Assembly (NCBI GenBank): GCA_036172245.1
Contig: JAYWIR010000001.1
Coordinates: 10,850,001 to 10,914,000, forward strand
DNA: 64,000 nucleotides
Source: Raillietiella orientalis
Taxonomy: Eukaryota
Direction: 5' to 3'
Both the position numbers and the translations under genes were made by a program. This document shows, piece after piece, positions 1-12,700 of the stretch. The notes under the pieces are model-generated. The model saw only the letters and a list, made by a program, of their open reading frames with translations. It did no database searches and was not told where the DNA came from. Position 1 is the stretch's first letter. The number at the start of each line of letters is the position of its first letter.

Positions 1-3000
1 AGGAAAGAGAAGGAAGAAGGGGAGGAAGAGAATGATGATGAAGAAGATGAGAAGGAATGGGAATGGACGATATAACGAGGAGGAATGGGGGAAGGATGAA
101 AGGGCGACCATGAAGGTCAAGAAAGAAACTGCTGCTGCTGTATCATCCATCAAACATCATTCGCACCTCCGTTTGCTTGTGTGGGGTCAAAGGTGGCCGA
201 GCAGGGCGGGAGAAGCCGTCTGGCTGTGAGCTCGCTGGGGTGGCGACCACCGGAACGCACGCCCACACCTCGGTATTTCCGAGCGCGGCGGCGGCGGCCG
301 CAGCAGCGATCTTGGCGAGGAGCCGCTGCTCTCGTTCGTCCTTTGAGGAATCCCGGCGGCCGTCTTGACTACGGAAGTGCCATTGCAGCTCACCACCCTT
401 CTTCCGCCGGCACTGGAGAAGCCCGCTGCTGCTGAGGCTGCTGGGCATCTCCAGGAGGAGAGGAGACATGGGATCCGGAAGGAACTTGGCCCTCCTCCGA
501 AAAGTACTCTCCTCCCGCTTCCTGTCCAGTCGTTTGCCGGCGGCTCGTGCCCTCTTGTAGCCACGTCTCCCTACGAAGTTCACCGGAGGAAGGGATGGAC
601 GACGACGAGGAGGAATTGAGAGTTGAAAAAGGAGAGAAGAAGTGTAGAAGAAAGATAGGAAGAAAAGTAGAAGTCCTTCTAAAGAGAGTGGAAGAGGGAT
701 AGAAGAGTAGAAGAAATCTCTTTGTAAGGAGAGTAGGAGATGATAGGAGGAGAGCAGAAGGAGAGAGCTGGCCTCATTTCCTAGTAGATGAGGCTGACTG
801 GAGACGCTTGTGACGGTTGTGAAGGTGGGCAGTACACATCCCTCATTTGCCGATGCGATCACTCCTCAGCTCTCTGGACTGGTACTGAAAGACACTGCCG
901 AGCAGCTTTCCATGGCGGCATCCATTTCTGATACGAAAGACGTCATCTGCACGGTCAAAAGCTAATTTATTTCCCGAATAAAGAGCAAAAAGACGTAGAG
1001 GTACAGGCAGAAGAATACTGCAGGGGTCGGATTAATCCAAAATTAACCGGCTATCTTCAGAAAAGCCAATAAAATTTCGTGATTTGACTGGATTCTTTAG
1101 ATCTGCGTTTCTCGCTTCCGTTTTCTTTTTCTTCCTTTTCTAAGCTTGTCAAGGTACAAATTCGTTGATCTATTTTTGGCTACCCTCTGAGATCAAAGTA
1201 AATGACGTCATTAAGCTCGGTGACGTGCAGGAAGGAATAACCACAGTTCCAAAGCCAGCATAATGAAAGCCTTCTGGAACTTCCACCTGGTCCAGTCAAG
1301 TGGAAAACCAGCGTCGTATCTCTCGCGTTCCAGAAGAGATGAAGATGCTTTTGTCGTTTTCCTCGAGTTTGAATCCCACACCTGTCTCGAAGTGTCCACA
1401 CGGCGTAATGCACACCACCACGTTCCTTGCATACTGAAATGCAACCGGATTTGACGCGTAGGGAGGCACACTGCTAGGCGTGGGCAAAGCATGGCTTCCC
1501 TCTCCTGAGGTTGATGAACAGGAAATTTAGCATCACTTCGCTAGTCCCCTGAACAGCTTCCAGATCTCCTTCTTCTACTCTCCTTAGAAGGAGACTTCTA
1601 TTCTCCTCCATCTTTCGTCTTCTCCTTCTATCCTTGGGTAGAACCTGCGGTTGTCTTATTCGACACGTGGCAGTCAGCTCAAAGTGAAGTCTACGTATCT
1701 TCAGCGATTGTGGCTAAATCGAAAACTGTCCGGGCCTGATATGTAAGCAGTGGTCCGCCTGACGCTGCCTGCGTCCAGCAGCTCGAAAGCAAAGCATCGA
1801 CAGCTCCATCTCGTATTAGGGAGATTCCCGTTGGCTTTCGTCGACCAGTGGAGTCGAACCTTCTGATTTGGTTCAGTCATTTCCCCAAGCCACCGTTTGC
1901 TCTGCCAGCCGATAGCCGAAATTCGGCCCAGCAGGTTCCTCTTCTACGAAGGTCGCCGCTCATCCGGCACACCGATCGGCTTGGTTGCATCTCGGTGTAC
2001 AGAAGGAACCCTTAGAACTGCAACGGGAATCCCAGGGAAAGTTCGGTGGAATCCCAAATGAGTCACTGGAGTAGGACGTCAAGCAAATCTCAGAGGGGGA
2101 GGCAACTAAGGCCGGAGTCCTCCTGATCATTATCTTCGAGCTTAAATAAGAACCTGTTATTGACCATCTGACATGCCACCTGTCCAGAGACTAGTATATT
2201 ACGCTACTCCTCTCCTGTCGCAGCTTGAACCGTCGTGGCAGCACCCTCGGACTAGGTCCCCCTTCACGGGAGGACCTTCACGCAAATGCAAAGTAAGATT
2301 CACATCCCGTCCTCTTCCCAAAATAAGTTTTAATACACTGACCGTCGGATGGGTAGGGCATCAGTTGTCAAGCTCATGAGGACAGGTTCCCTTTGACAGA
2401 AAACGATAAGAACAAGTAAAACAGAATCCAGGAGGCCTCTGCAGCATCTTTCTCTTCTGATCATACAATAAGCGGCAGGGAGAGGAGCAGGCCCCAAGCA
2501 TCCCGTGCATGGAGACGCGCTCATACAGGGCTGGGCATGAGCCTCCCCATGCCAAAAGAAAGCTCTCGTGGGAGCATGGTGCCTGCGGAACAGAGGAGAG
2601 CACTGGAAACGTCCACGGGCACACTTTGTGGAGCAACAGCATCTTGTCAGTGCAAGCTTCAGGATATTATCCTACTTTGCGAAACTGCATTGCTTTGGTC
2701 ACTTTCCGCGGAGCTGACCACCTGCGATCTCGCTTTTTCGAGGGTGAGGCCAGCGTATGAGCGGTGCGTGCCCAGCTGAGCAGCATGTCGGTGCTCTTTC
2801 GATGAGTCCTTACGCGTACGCTAACTGTCCGGCGGCCACCTGGAGTGTGATAGATGCCACGAGCTGCACACTCCTGGAATCTTTGCTCATCGCGGGCTCC
2901 GTTGGACTGTGCCTAATATTAGTCGTCCGTTTCATAGCGCTCCCCATGACTAACTCGTTGGTCTTGAATCGCTCACAACTCACATCTATTATTAAGACCT

Positions 3001-4750
3001 TAATTTCGTTCTGGTTGCGGAATTAGCCTCATAGGAAGCGCATTATTTTCAATCAGAAAACACACACACACAAAAAAAAACATATCTTTTTGAATAAAAA
3101 CACGAAGCACGCATTTGATTTCTTCTGAAATTTCTTCTAAAACTGAATACATGTCTTTACTGAGTGTGTGCCTAGGACGCCGCTCTCCCGCTTCCCAAAC
3201 ATCGCCTATCGCTGGTGGGGTGCGTAAGCGCTGTGCACCCCCAGCTCACCCCTGCAGGGTCGACAGGCAAAAAGACCTGCATGAAGGAGCTGACGCGGGA
3301 TGCCCGCGCATCTCCTGGGTGATCTTCGGTCGGCTATCTCAGTCCGTGCCCGGACGACGCTTGCCGCGGGCTCGGTTCCCTTGGATACGTGAAGTAGCCA
3401 GAGGACCAGGAGAGAGAAATCGCAGGTGCGAAGGAAGTAAAACTCCCAGGGACTCGGAGAGTGAGGAAGGGGAGACGGAGGGGTAAGGAGTAAGGAAAGG
3501 GGAGAATACGGCCGTCGCAGCCTGGTCACAACGGCGGCTGCCATCGATCTCGGCAGAAGCGGATCGACGATCCCCTCCTCGTCCGAGGGGGAGGCTGTTT
3601 CCTCCCTTTCAAAATCTCGGGAACGGAAGGGGGAGGGGGGGAGAGAGTGGACGAACGGACCTTCGGAGAGACCCCGGAGGAAGGTGCGAATCGGACCAGT
3701 CCTCCTACTCAAAGGCCGTCCCGTGCCTTTGGGCGGGTGGGAGCTGCACCGCTAGGTCCGTTCCAAGCTTGCTCTTGGCACGGCCGGCCGGAAGAAGGAA
3801 AGCACAAAACCAGGACGCGCACACGAAGACCAGTGACTCTGCCGTACATATGACTGCGCCTCGAGCCCTTTTCGGTCGTTTTCGGTTGCTCGTGTTTGAC
3901 CCGTTCTTCCCTACTTTCCCTTTTTTCTCGTTTGCTGCTAGGGCGTCGCTGCCTCCCGGCGGAGGAAATTAGCCTTCTCCTTCCTCCGCAAGGGCCAAGG
4001 GTCGTACGAAAGCACGAGTCCATCTCTTCTTCCTCTCCCACCGCTGCTGCCGGTTCTGTAAGGAGGCTTTTTTTTTTTTTTTCCAGCCGAGTGCCCGGAG
4101 GGCGCCTGGGGTTCCACGTACGCCTCCATGCACGGGCAGAGAGCGTTCAGCGCGCGTTCATTTCCTGCAGGAACTTTCCTTCCTTTCGAGGTCTCTGCCC
4201 TGGGAAGAGCAGCAATCCGTTTCCAAGCAACCGAAGGGTTGGGAGACCGCCACCAGCGAGCTGCCAGCCTGAATAGAAGGCGGCCAGACTGCTCCCCTTC
4301 CTCCTCTCTGGAGGGCAAGGGGCGATGCTACACCCACGACATCACTCCCGAGGAAGCTCTGCCTCCTGGAGAGTTTCCCGGCAGCTCAAGCCACCCTCCC
4401 AATGGCGAGGAGGCGAAGAATGGAAGCGGCACGTCCCAGGTCGCTGCCGCCGCCGTTGTCCAGAAGAGGACCTTCCGCCTCGGGTCCGTGACACAGCGAC
4501 TGCCGGATGCGTGCCCCGGCGGTCAGCGCTCCTCCCACGTCGTGTCGTTGTCCGTCCGTGCCTCCGTCCCGGACTGCCCGACCTCCTCGAGCGAAAGATA
4601 CTAAGTGAAGATGCCACGCTGAGGGAAGGGGATCTCTTCGTGCCCAGCATCTCTTCGGATTTGCGTCCTCCTCCCAAAAAGTCCTCCCTCTTCCTCTTTC
4701 CCTTCAATGCCACCCGCATCTGTTGCCTTGGTTGGCTGAGGGATCTGCTG

Positions 4751-5360
4751 TGATTCTCACCCGGGAACTCCGGAGCATTTATTTATAGATTAAATAAACG
4801 ATTACAATTTCTGTGGTTGGACTAGTGATTCAACCACGTCCTTTTTCGATCGAATCTGCCGCGCTACCAGTTCGCAGACCGGTGTGAGATCCACCACGGC
4901 GTGGGAGGGGAGGAGGCAAGCAAAAAAGAAAAAGAAACAGCATAAAATAAACGCTTTTGGGGTCTGGATGTGGGGTGAGGGAAGGGATCACTGTCTGCCG
5001 GGGGCGGCCCTCTGCATTCCTTGGAGAGTGCCCACAAGCTGCACACAGTCCTTCAGGTGGAGCCATCTCGTTGCCATCCTCATGAAGCGGATGGCGAAGT
5101 GGATGTGGCACCCCTACCGCTCCGTCCTCCCCTTGAGTAGCTCCAGGCAGAGACGACGATCCCACATAAGCAGCAGAGGGCTGCGTGCCGAAGGGCGTCG
5201 CGAACGGGGAGGGGTTTCGGAACGTTCCTGGAGTTTGCCGCCGGGGGTTCCTAGGGTAGCGGCGAAGCGTTTCCAGAGGGGCCGGGAAGTATCCTAGACA
5301 AGGAAGAGCAAGAACGGATGCATTGCAGGTCAGCAGGCACAGGCTCTCCTCCTTAGAAAA
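4751..5360 (-). mobile_element. 5'-truncated, frameshifted L1/Tx1-like non-LTR retrotransposon (ORF2 C-terminus and 3' UTR)
   Basis: The minus strand gives PLWKRFAATLGTPGG, AALCCLCGIVVSAWSYSRGGR and RWLHLKDCVQLVGTLQGMQR*. These match the copies at 47100-47860, 50850-51110 and 52330-52610. TGATCCCTTCC follows the stop, as in the copies at 46879-48170, and the 33-nt terminal cassette lies at 4751-4783. Confidence 0.75.
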
Positions 5361-8300
5361 AGAGTGGAAGAAGAAGTAGAAAAAGAGACCACTTCTCCTC
5401 CTTTTTCTATTCTTTTTATACCTTCCTGGTAACACAATCCCACAAGCGATGGGGTGGAGGAGGGATTCGCGCTCCCCGCAACTGCCACAGTTTGGAATCT
5501 GCTGGTGCTGCAGTAAAGCGAAGGTGGTCTTTGTGCAGTTGTTTGGTGATTTCGCTGTTGCTATTGGCGGCGATAGCTGCTGACGGTGTCAGTAGCGGAG
5601 GCGGTGACATTGCTGTCGCCGCCGGTGGCAGCCGTGGTGGCAGCGCGCGGCTGCTCTTGGTTCCGGAGGAGGCCACGAGGACGAGGCGGAAGGTTCGACT
5701 CCGCGCCAGAGCGCGGAGAGGACGGCGTCGCTCCGGGCGACGACGCCGGCGCTCCCGGAGAGGCAGCGGTCGTCGTCGCAAAAGCAGGAAAAACCACAGA
5801 GCCTCCACCGCGGAGCGGTTCGGGAAGGGGGGGGGGGGATCCGCGGTGTCCAGTGCCTCGCTCGAGATCGCGCTCCAGTCGCTCTGCGAAGCGGCTTCTC
5901 CGGGATGCGCCAGCGGGAAAATCGAGGGAAGAGAGAGCTCTTGCTCCCGGGTGGGAAGCGGAGGGGGAGGGAGTTGGGAGGAGAGCTCCTGCGGGCGCTA
6001 CGGAAAGAATGTCTCTTCCGGTTTCCCGGGGTAACTGCGTGCTTGATCTTCCGGAGAGACAGAGAGAGAGAAATGCGCACGAAGGAATTTTTCCGCGCGA
6101 ATTCGAGCGGCCAGGGAGGGAGAAGACCTTGGGGTATGGGGTCCTCTCCATGGAAGGAGTGTGCTCTTCGGCGCAGGCGCGCGGGGAGAAGTGCGAGAGA
6201 TTGCGCGCGCGCTCCAGACTGGCTCGTCTCAGGGCCAAAGGCGCGCCTCTCGCTTTACTGCGGCTTCTTAGGGGAGGGGGGAGCAGGGGGAGGGAGGAGA
6301 GGGGTGGCGGTCCGCGGAAGGACGGGGGGGGGGATCTTTAGCGCCGTGCCGTCCTGCGCATGGCGAACGCGCGCGTGCGTGCAGCTGGTTTTTCCCCTGC
6401 GCGCTCCGCTCGCCCGCGCGCGCGTCTCCGTCGGTCTGGTGGCGTCTCGGCCGCATCGGAAGGCGACCTCTCGGCAGCTATTTTTAACCTAGGAGAGTTC
6501 AGCTAGTCAGCGACCTCCCCCCGTTGAGAGATTCTGGTAGCCTGAGCGATGCGTGCGACTCTCGGGGAGTCTGGAACCCCCGTAACGGCGCTTCAGAAAA
6601 AATGGGACCGACTATTCGGATTGAATGCCCCTGTCTAGCTTCAAGCGATTCCCAAAATAGGTCAGTTTTAACCGAGAGTGATTCTCACTGGGGCACTAGA
6701 GGTGGAGGCCGCGCGCGACGGCGTGCCACGGCAGCAGCGGACAGCGTGGTGTGCTTTCCGGAACGCTTCCGACGCGGAGCGATCCCTCGGGGCCGACCCC
6801 TTTCGCGGCGTAAGCGCCCGGGTTCGGTGGTCAGGTTCGTGTCTTCGGCAACTCTGAGCGTGTCCAGCGAGTGGGCGGGGAGGGGGGATGCTGCGGCGCG
6901 CACGCTCTCCTCTTGGGCTCGAAGAAAAACATCCGCCTGCGCGTGCGGATGCACGCTCGCGACACTTGGTGACCTGCATCCTTAACTCGCGGGTAAGGGG
7001 GGGGGGGGGCGTCGAGAACTTTTGGTTGACTTTTGGTGCCTACACTGAAATGTGGTGGCACTTGGCTGCAAGCCGTTCCACCGCGCCGCGTGCGCTTGCG
7101 CGGCTCGCTCGAACGGCGCGCCTCGACTAATTACTGCAGCAATTAACACTTCCATCGGTGCGTGTGGGTCGCTGGGATGCACCGGCTTGCTTAAGAATGG
7201 GCGGAATTTTCCTGGAGCGGAGGGACCCCTTGACGCACCCCAGTCGCTTCTAGATCCTTCCTAGAATTCAGAAAATGCGGAAGCTGCACTTTTTTCCACT
7301 CTGAAAAGCCAGGTCACACTGTGTCTGTTCGGGGGGAACCACGCGCTAACGGCCGTTTTTCCGGAACCACTTTTTCCAGCACAGTCGGATCTTCTCCCAA
7401 AAGCCAAACGAGCGCAGCCGAATTCGAAACGTGGAAGAAACGTCGCGTTAGCAACTGCACAGCCCACGCTGGAATCTGGAGCTGCGTCGCTTCGGAGCTT
7501 CTCTCGCCTCGTTCTGGTTTCATCATCGTCGTTTCGAGATTCAAATCCTTCAGCAGCCGTGGATCTTCCGGGCGTTCTTAGATTACAGAAGACTGCGATC
7601 GCGGAGCACGTAAACATGGCGCGGTCTACGGGGCGATGAGAGACTCCCGCAGCCGAGTGGTTAAGTGCGCTTTTGAGCGCTTCGCCTCTTGTTTCGCGAA
7701 GAGCCCGTATTTTAAGGGCAGAGGAATTCGCCGAATTGCAAGCAGTCTAATTTAATTATTATCATTACTACCACGTTGATGGCGTCTCATCTGAGAACTT
7801 CGGACAAGCTGAGGTCATCCTTTTCCGATGAGAGATTTTTGAACTGGCTCGATAATTGCCAAGACATGATCCGAAGCCTTTTCGGCTAATCAGCGTCTCC
7901 CGTGGGACCCTTACACGTGGATTCCGACGTACAGAATGCTCCTTGTAGAAGCCTCGTTTTCTCGCGGAGTCTAACGGAAAGAGATCTCGGTGCTTTAAAT
8001 TCATAAGGGCGTTCAGCTTATCAAACATCAAGGGGCGAAAGCCCGTTTATCCTCGAGTTTATCTCCGGTTTTCCATTCCATTTCCATCCCATACATTTAT
8101 GGAAAATTCTGCACACGACACGCCGCCATATTGCTCACACACATCATCGGTGCTTGCCACCTTGTTAGCACACTCTAATCGGCACAAGCTAAACCAGGTT
8201 TCATAAGGGTGCTCGGAAAATGGGGCGCAGATAAAATGGAATGAAGTTGGAAGGAGGAGGAGAGCATTTCAGAGATCCAAAACGCTGCTTTTTGTTTTCA

Positions 8301-9065
8301 AGTGTTGTTGGTAACCAATTTGCCTGAGTGAGCAGCTACCGGAATACTTGAACGCAATGGAGAATGCTCGGTGGGTGTTCAAATTCCACACAGAAACACG
8401 GAGGACAGAATTTCTTTTATGCCTTTGTCTACGCCTGGAATTAACTGTCCTCCATTACCACCCAAGGAAAATTGCAGCCCTTAAACCGTTCACAAATCGC
8501 TTCATTGCATTTTGGATATTTTCCTTTTTTGTCGATATTAGCCATATGAAGTGTGTCGTTCTAACAGACGTTATATTGTATAATTTGAGTAATTGCATAC
8601 GTATGTCCTTGAGTTTTGTGTTATGGCATGAGAAAATCAAATTGGGATCTACGCAGGCATCAGATGCAATTATTACCGCCCGAATCCTGGACTAGGGATA
8701 TGGAATGGAACTTCCCAGCATCACGTTTCTTATCACAGCAGTTTTCCTTATAACAACTTGGGGAGTTTTCCTGCCTGTCGCGATAGCACCTTAAACTCCA
8801 AAACAAACATGCGAGCAAAAAAAAGAAAAAGAAAAAAAAAGACTTCAGTAGTTTTTAGCAATTAAATTTTATTGTCGGAAAAATGCTTCGACTCTTCTAT
8901 CACACTTCGCCGAAGACATGCAACATCTAAGCCTTTGAAGATGGCGCCCTACGTACTGAAATAAGGTCCCTACATACGGCCCTTCAATAGCATGGGAAGA
9001 GTTCAATTTAAATTTCTGCAAGGACGTCGAAGAAGCGAAAAAAAACTGCAGATCAAATGCATGTA

Positions 9066-9108
9066 TGTGTGTGTGTGTGTATATATGTATATATATATAT
9101 ATATATAT
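9066..9108. repeat. (TG)n/(TA)n microsatellite
   Basis: Directly visible dinucleotide runs. Confidence 0.9.
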
Positions 9109-10322
9109 ACATGTATTTCCCCCTACCCTCTTTCCACACTCGGGTGACGAAGACGAATCAAATTGCAATTCGGCACGGTGGTGTGTTTATGAACAGCCCT
9201 TCTGATTTATCTGACACCAGCAGCACAAGAAAAAAGGGGTCCACCACCGTCCACCGCCTGCTTACTCTTCTGCCCACTGTGTACACAGCGTACAATGCAA
9301 CGCGAACAACCGACTTGCTACGTAAACATGGATTTGTTGTACTCTGCACATTTCGCTTTCAAATGGAGCGACAGCGAAATATGATCCCAAAAGAGTGAGT
9401 TGCTCCACAAACTGCAAAGGTTTGGTCAGCAACGTCTTCATGACCAAATTTCGCACATATCGAGCTAGACGATTTTAAAAGCCGTCGCTTTTTAGCAGGT
9501 TACACACTAACTCCTAAATGATTTCAGGCATTCTGCAATATATGTAAGTATCATTTCAACAATATTTTGAATTCATAAAATATATCGGTGACTTTTTGAG
9601 TGATAGAATCCTTTTGTTACCTCCTTTGGTGGGATCACTTGAGTTTCTTTTGGACTTGTGCTGTTTTTTTTGCCAGCCGTGAAAATCTTATGTAACATTA
9701 TGATTGTGTGCTTGTTTTGTTGATACCAAATCGTGGTGGATAGATTCAGCACATTAGGTTTTCAGCTCATCTTCGTGGGTTCGAACGGACTCGGTCGTTA
9801 CATTTGGCGGATTGGAGATTTCTTCCGCCTCTGCTCTGAAGTGAGAGTATAACCAAGATATTGAGTCCCTTTCATTGTTTTGCTGTGATGCAATTTGGGG
9901 CTCACAGAAGCCTAAATCAGGCTGAAATGTCTGAGGAGATAACTAATGGTACCACAAACACGAGAAAAGCACAGTTTTGGATTCTCAAAAATGCTTAGAT
10001 GCCTTGATGGAAGTAACATTTTCAACCTCCAAGTGTCAAGTACATTTGTCATTATGACCATACATATGGACTTGCTGCTACCATCCAATCAAAACGTGCT
10101 CATTTTGCAGAAATAGAACTAAGAAAGAAAATATGCCAGCAGATTCAATGAATGTATTCTATGCTTTATACGTTTCAACATATTCTTGTCTGTCACTGCT
10201 ATTTTGATAGTTTAGTGTATGCAGGCATTGTCATATGTGATTCAAAATCAGGGCATTGGAACAGTAGTAAGGCACCATTTTGATGTTGGCAGGAAAAAAA
10301 AGTCCTGCTGCTGCACTACATT

Positions 10323-11506
10323 CTAGCTGAGTTTCTTTGTTCCATTGCAATAACTTGGAGCACCTGCATGGCCATTAGCCACATGGTTTTCTATGGATTC
10401 ATGTTTATGGGAAGGAGGCTGGCAAGAGAACCATTACTGCCTGACAAACACACCAACTCACCTTGAGACTGTGGGATAAGTATGTCTTCTTGTAAAAATC
10501 TGTAAAAAGAAAATAAAACAGAATGGCATGGCCACCAATCCACCAGCAAAACGCCTTGGGATAATTACAATCCACAAACAACAGTTGGAAAGCATGCACA
10601 AAAATGGCCACAAATTGCACCATTTGCAGGGAGGTCATGTACTTTTTCCACCAAAGGAACTTGCGGTAGGTAGGTCCCAGGGCAGCCAGCATGTAATAAA
10701 AGTACATAAATATGTGTACAAAGGTGTTGAGGAATCCAAAAAAAGTGCTGTGACCACCTGCAATTCCCATGATTTCCATGTCTGATAAGTTATTTGTCAC
10801 CTGGAGTGAACTTCACACCAAACCACACACTCAGTGGCATCACACCATGATGAATGACATGCAATGGAGTCACTTGTTCTTGTTTCTTCCGGAGCACGAA
10901 AAATATCTGCAAAAAGGTTCTTTGGCACAAGCATTCGCCTGATGCTCTTACCGTGTCTGCAAACTCAGTGAATTTTGAAAAGTAATACCACCATGACAAG
11001 TGAACCATCTAGTATATGTAGTTATTAAGGTACATAAGTCAATGTTACCTCAATTGCACGTGGATCATCAGAGTAATCGACTGGCTGGCATTTCCAATTG
11101 TAATGGCCACTGAGCCATCCCACGGCAGCAAGCTGCATGCATACTTTGTTTAAAGGGGTTACTCATTGTACTTACTTTGCTGAACAAGTATGTGCTGAAC
11201 AGCACCTGCAGAAAGTTGTACACCACCAGCATGGATTTCAGCTCGAATGGAGGGCGGTTCTTCATAAAGTGTGGCCCCAGTATTTCTACTGTGTACACAT
11301 AAATAGCACATATAATGATGGTAGGAAGAGGGCTGCTCATAAATAGCCATCCGTCCACCCGAGGATCTGTAAACAAAACATAATGGACTCCAGGAAAATT
11401 TAGGTGGAAGAATTGTTAATTAGACTTGCAGGTGAATGAAAGAACCTCTTAATTCAATCATAAGATGATTGTAATGATTCACAATCGGTTGCAAATAAGA
11501 AGCCAT
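10323..11506 (-). CDS. ELOVL: Elongation of very long chain fatty acids protein (ELO family, ELOVL1/7-like), 7 coding exons
   Basis: Exons 11506-11446, 11366-11176, 11132-11049, 11008-10952, 10906-10801, 10757-10462 and 10418-10323 join in frame via GT-AG introns of 79, 43, 40, 45, 43 and 43 bp. Motifs: [18 protein letters not shown], histidine box [29 protein letters not shown], and C-terminal KKLS* (dilysine ER-retrieval type). Confidence 0.95.
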
Positions 11507-11518
11507 TTTACCAGCAAT

Positions 11519-11620
11519 CTGAAAAACAGTCAATTCATTAGCACGTTTACCGGTCGCACGCTCTACAGGGTAAACATTCGTGGAATTCATCGCCCCCGGT
11601 GCTAGGTTACCACCACTCAC
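11519..11620 (-). other. Probable 5'-UTR intron of the ELOVL gene
   Basis: Acceptor TTTTTCAG lies 12 nt before the ATG, and a consensus donor TAG|GTGAGT lies at 11620. Other upstream first exons are possible. Confidence 0.5.
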
Positions 11621-12089
11621 CTAACAATCGTTTATTCCAACAAACGCAAATCCCCCGCAGTGCGTGGCTAATCGTAACATCTGGTCCTCACGCTGCGGTT
11701 TCGGTGGGATCATCCTTGCTAAAGTCCTGTAAACTGGGGGAGAGAACGAACCACGGTGACGGGGAGTGCTAACAATCAATACGTCTCTTCAGCCGGGATA
11801 GCGGCGGGGGTTAAACTTGCAGCAGCAGCACACCGAGATGGATAGATGTAGACTGCATGTAAATCGCATGAATCACGGAATTATGCTCATCCCGGGGACG
11901 TGCGATTCCGGGTCACGTAACTTTAAAGCACTCTCGGCAGCACTTGGAGTTTGTGGTCTGAAATGGTAGCGGCATGGCAGCGGCTGCACGTTCATTTCCG
12001 CAACACTCCGCCGCCGGTTTTTCTCTAAAATAAAATTTGCGGGCGGTGGAAGTCTATATAGCGGTTAAAGCCAAGGACGGGGATTGGAT

Positions 12090-12300
12090 AAGAGGAAGAA
12101 GAAGAGGAAGAGGCAGAAGGGAGGAGGAGGAAGGAGAAGGGGAGGGGGGGAAGAAGAAGAAGAAGAAGAGGAGGGGGAGAGAGAGAGAGAGAGAGAGAGG
12201 AAAAAAAAAAAAAAAAAAAAAAACAGACCTGGCAGGAGAGAGGATAGGAACAAAAAAAAAAAAAAAAAGAGAACCGAAAGAGTCGAAGCCATGCAGCGGT

Positions 12301-12338
<38 letters not shown>

Positions 12339-12700
12339 GTTGCAAGAGCGAGTTCGAAAAGATGCGCGGGGAGGAGGAGGAAGAAAAACAAAATCTCGTT
12401 GTACCGTAGCAGTTCGTACTGCCTGGCTCTGGTTGGCGGTGTTCGAACACCACGGACGCGCGCTACCCGCAAATAGCTCTCGGTGTCTGCCGGAATGCCC
12501 GTACAGCGAGCGAGAGTGGGCGTGCCGATTCGCGTACGTATATATCATTGCGAAAATCGTATTATTTCTTTCCGTGGCGACGACGACGACGAGGAAAGAA
12601 GAAAAAAAAAAAAAAAAAAAAAAAACGGAGGGAGGGGGGGAGAGGGGGCAAACGAAAAAGGGGGGGAGGGAAAAAAAAAAGAAAAAAACAAAAAACCCTT
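12090..12700. repeat. Low-complexity purine-rich block: (GAA)n, (GA)n, poly(A), (AGC)n at 12301-12335
   Basis: Directly visible simple repeats. They generate the poly-K/F/S/A ORFs in the track. Confidence 0.9.

Noticed and set aside
1150-3030. Faint nuclease-like peptides on minus (GVGF near 1370; KVLIIDVSC near 2990)
   Set aside because: These are single short motifs with stops and no supporting neighbours. They may be old element debris but cannot be supported.
4830-5620. Apparent small two-exon gene on minus (MSPPPLL...CVTRK|DTSRPLW...) with a poly(A) signal
   Set aside because: The second exon and the AATAAA belong to the retrotransposon remnant at 4751-5360.
5492-6034. ORF with a hydrophobic N-terminus and a protamine-like Arg-rich tract
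   Set aside because: It starts at TTG, all six frames are open in this GC-rich stretch, and there is no recognisable domain or splice structure.
7642-7682. tRNA-like A-box GCCGAGTGGTTAAG
   Set aside because: There is no B-box or cloverleaf downstream. The isolated GGTTCGAA motifs near 9778 and 57615 likewise lack the other half.
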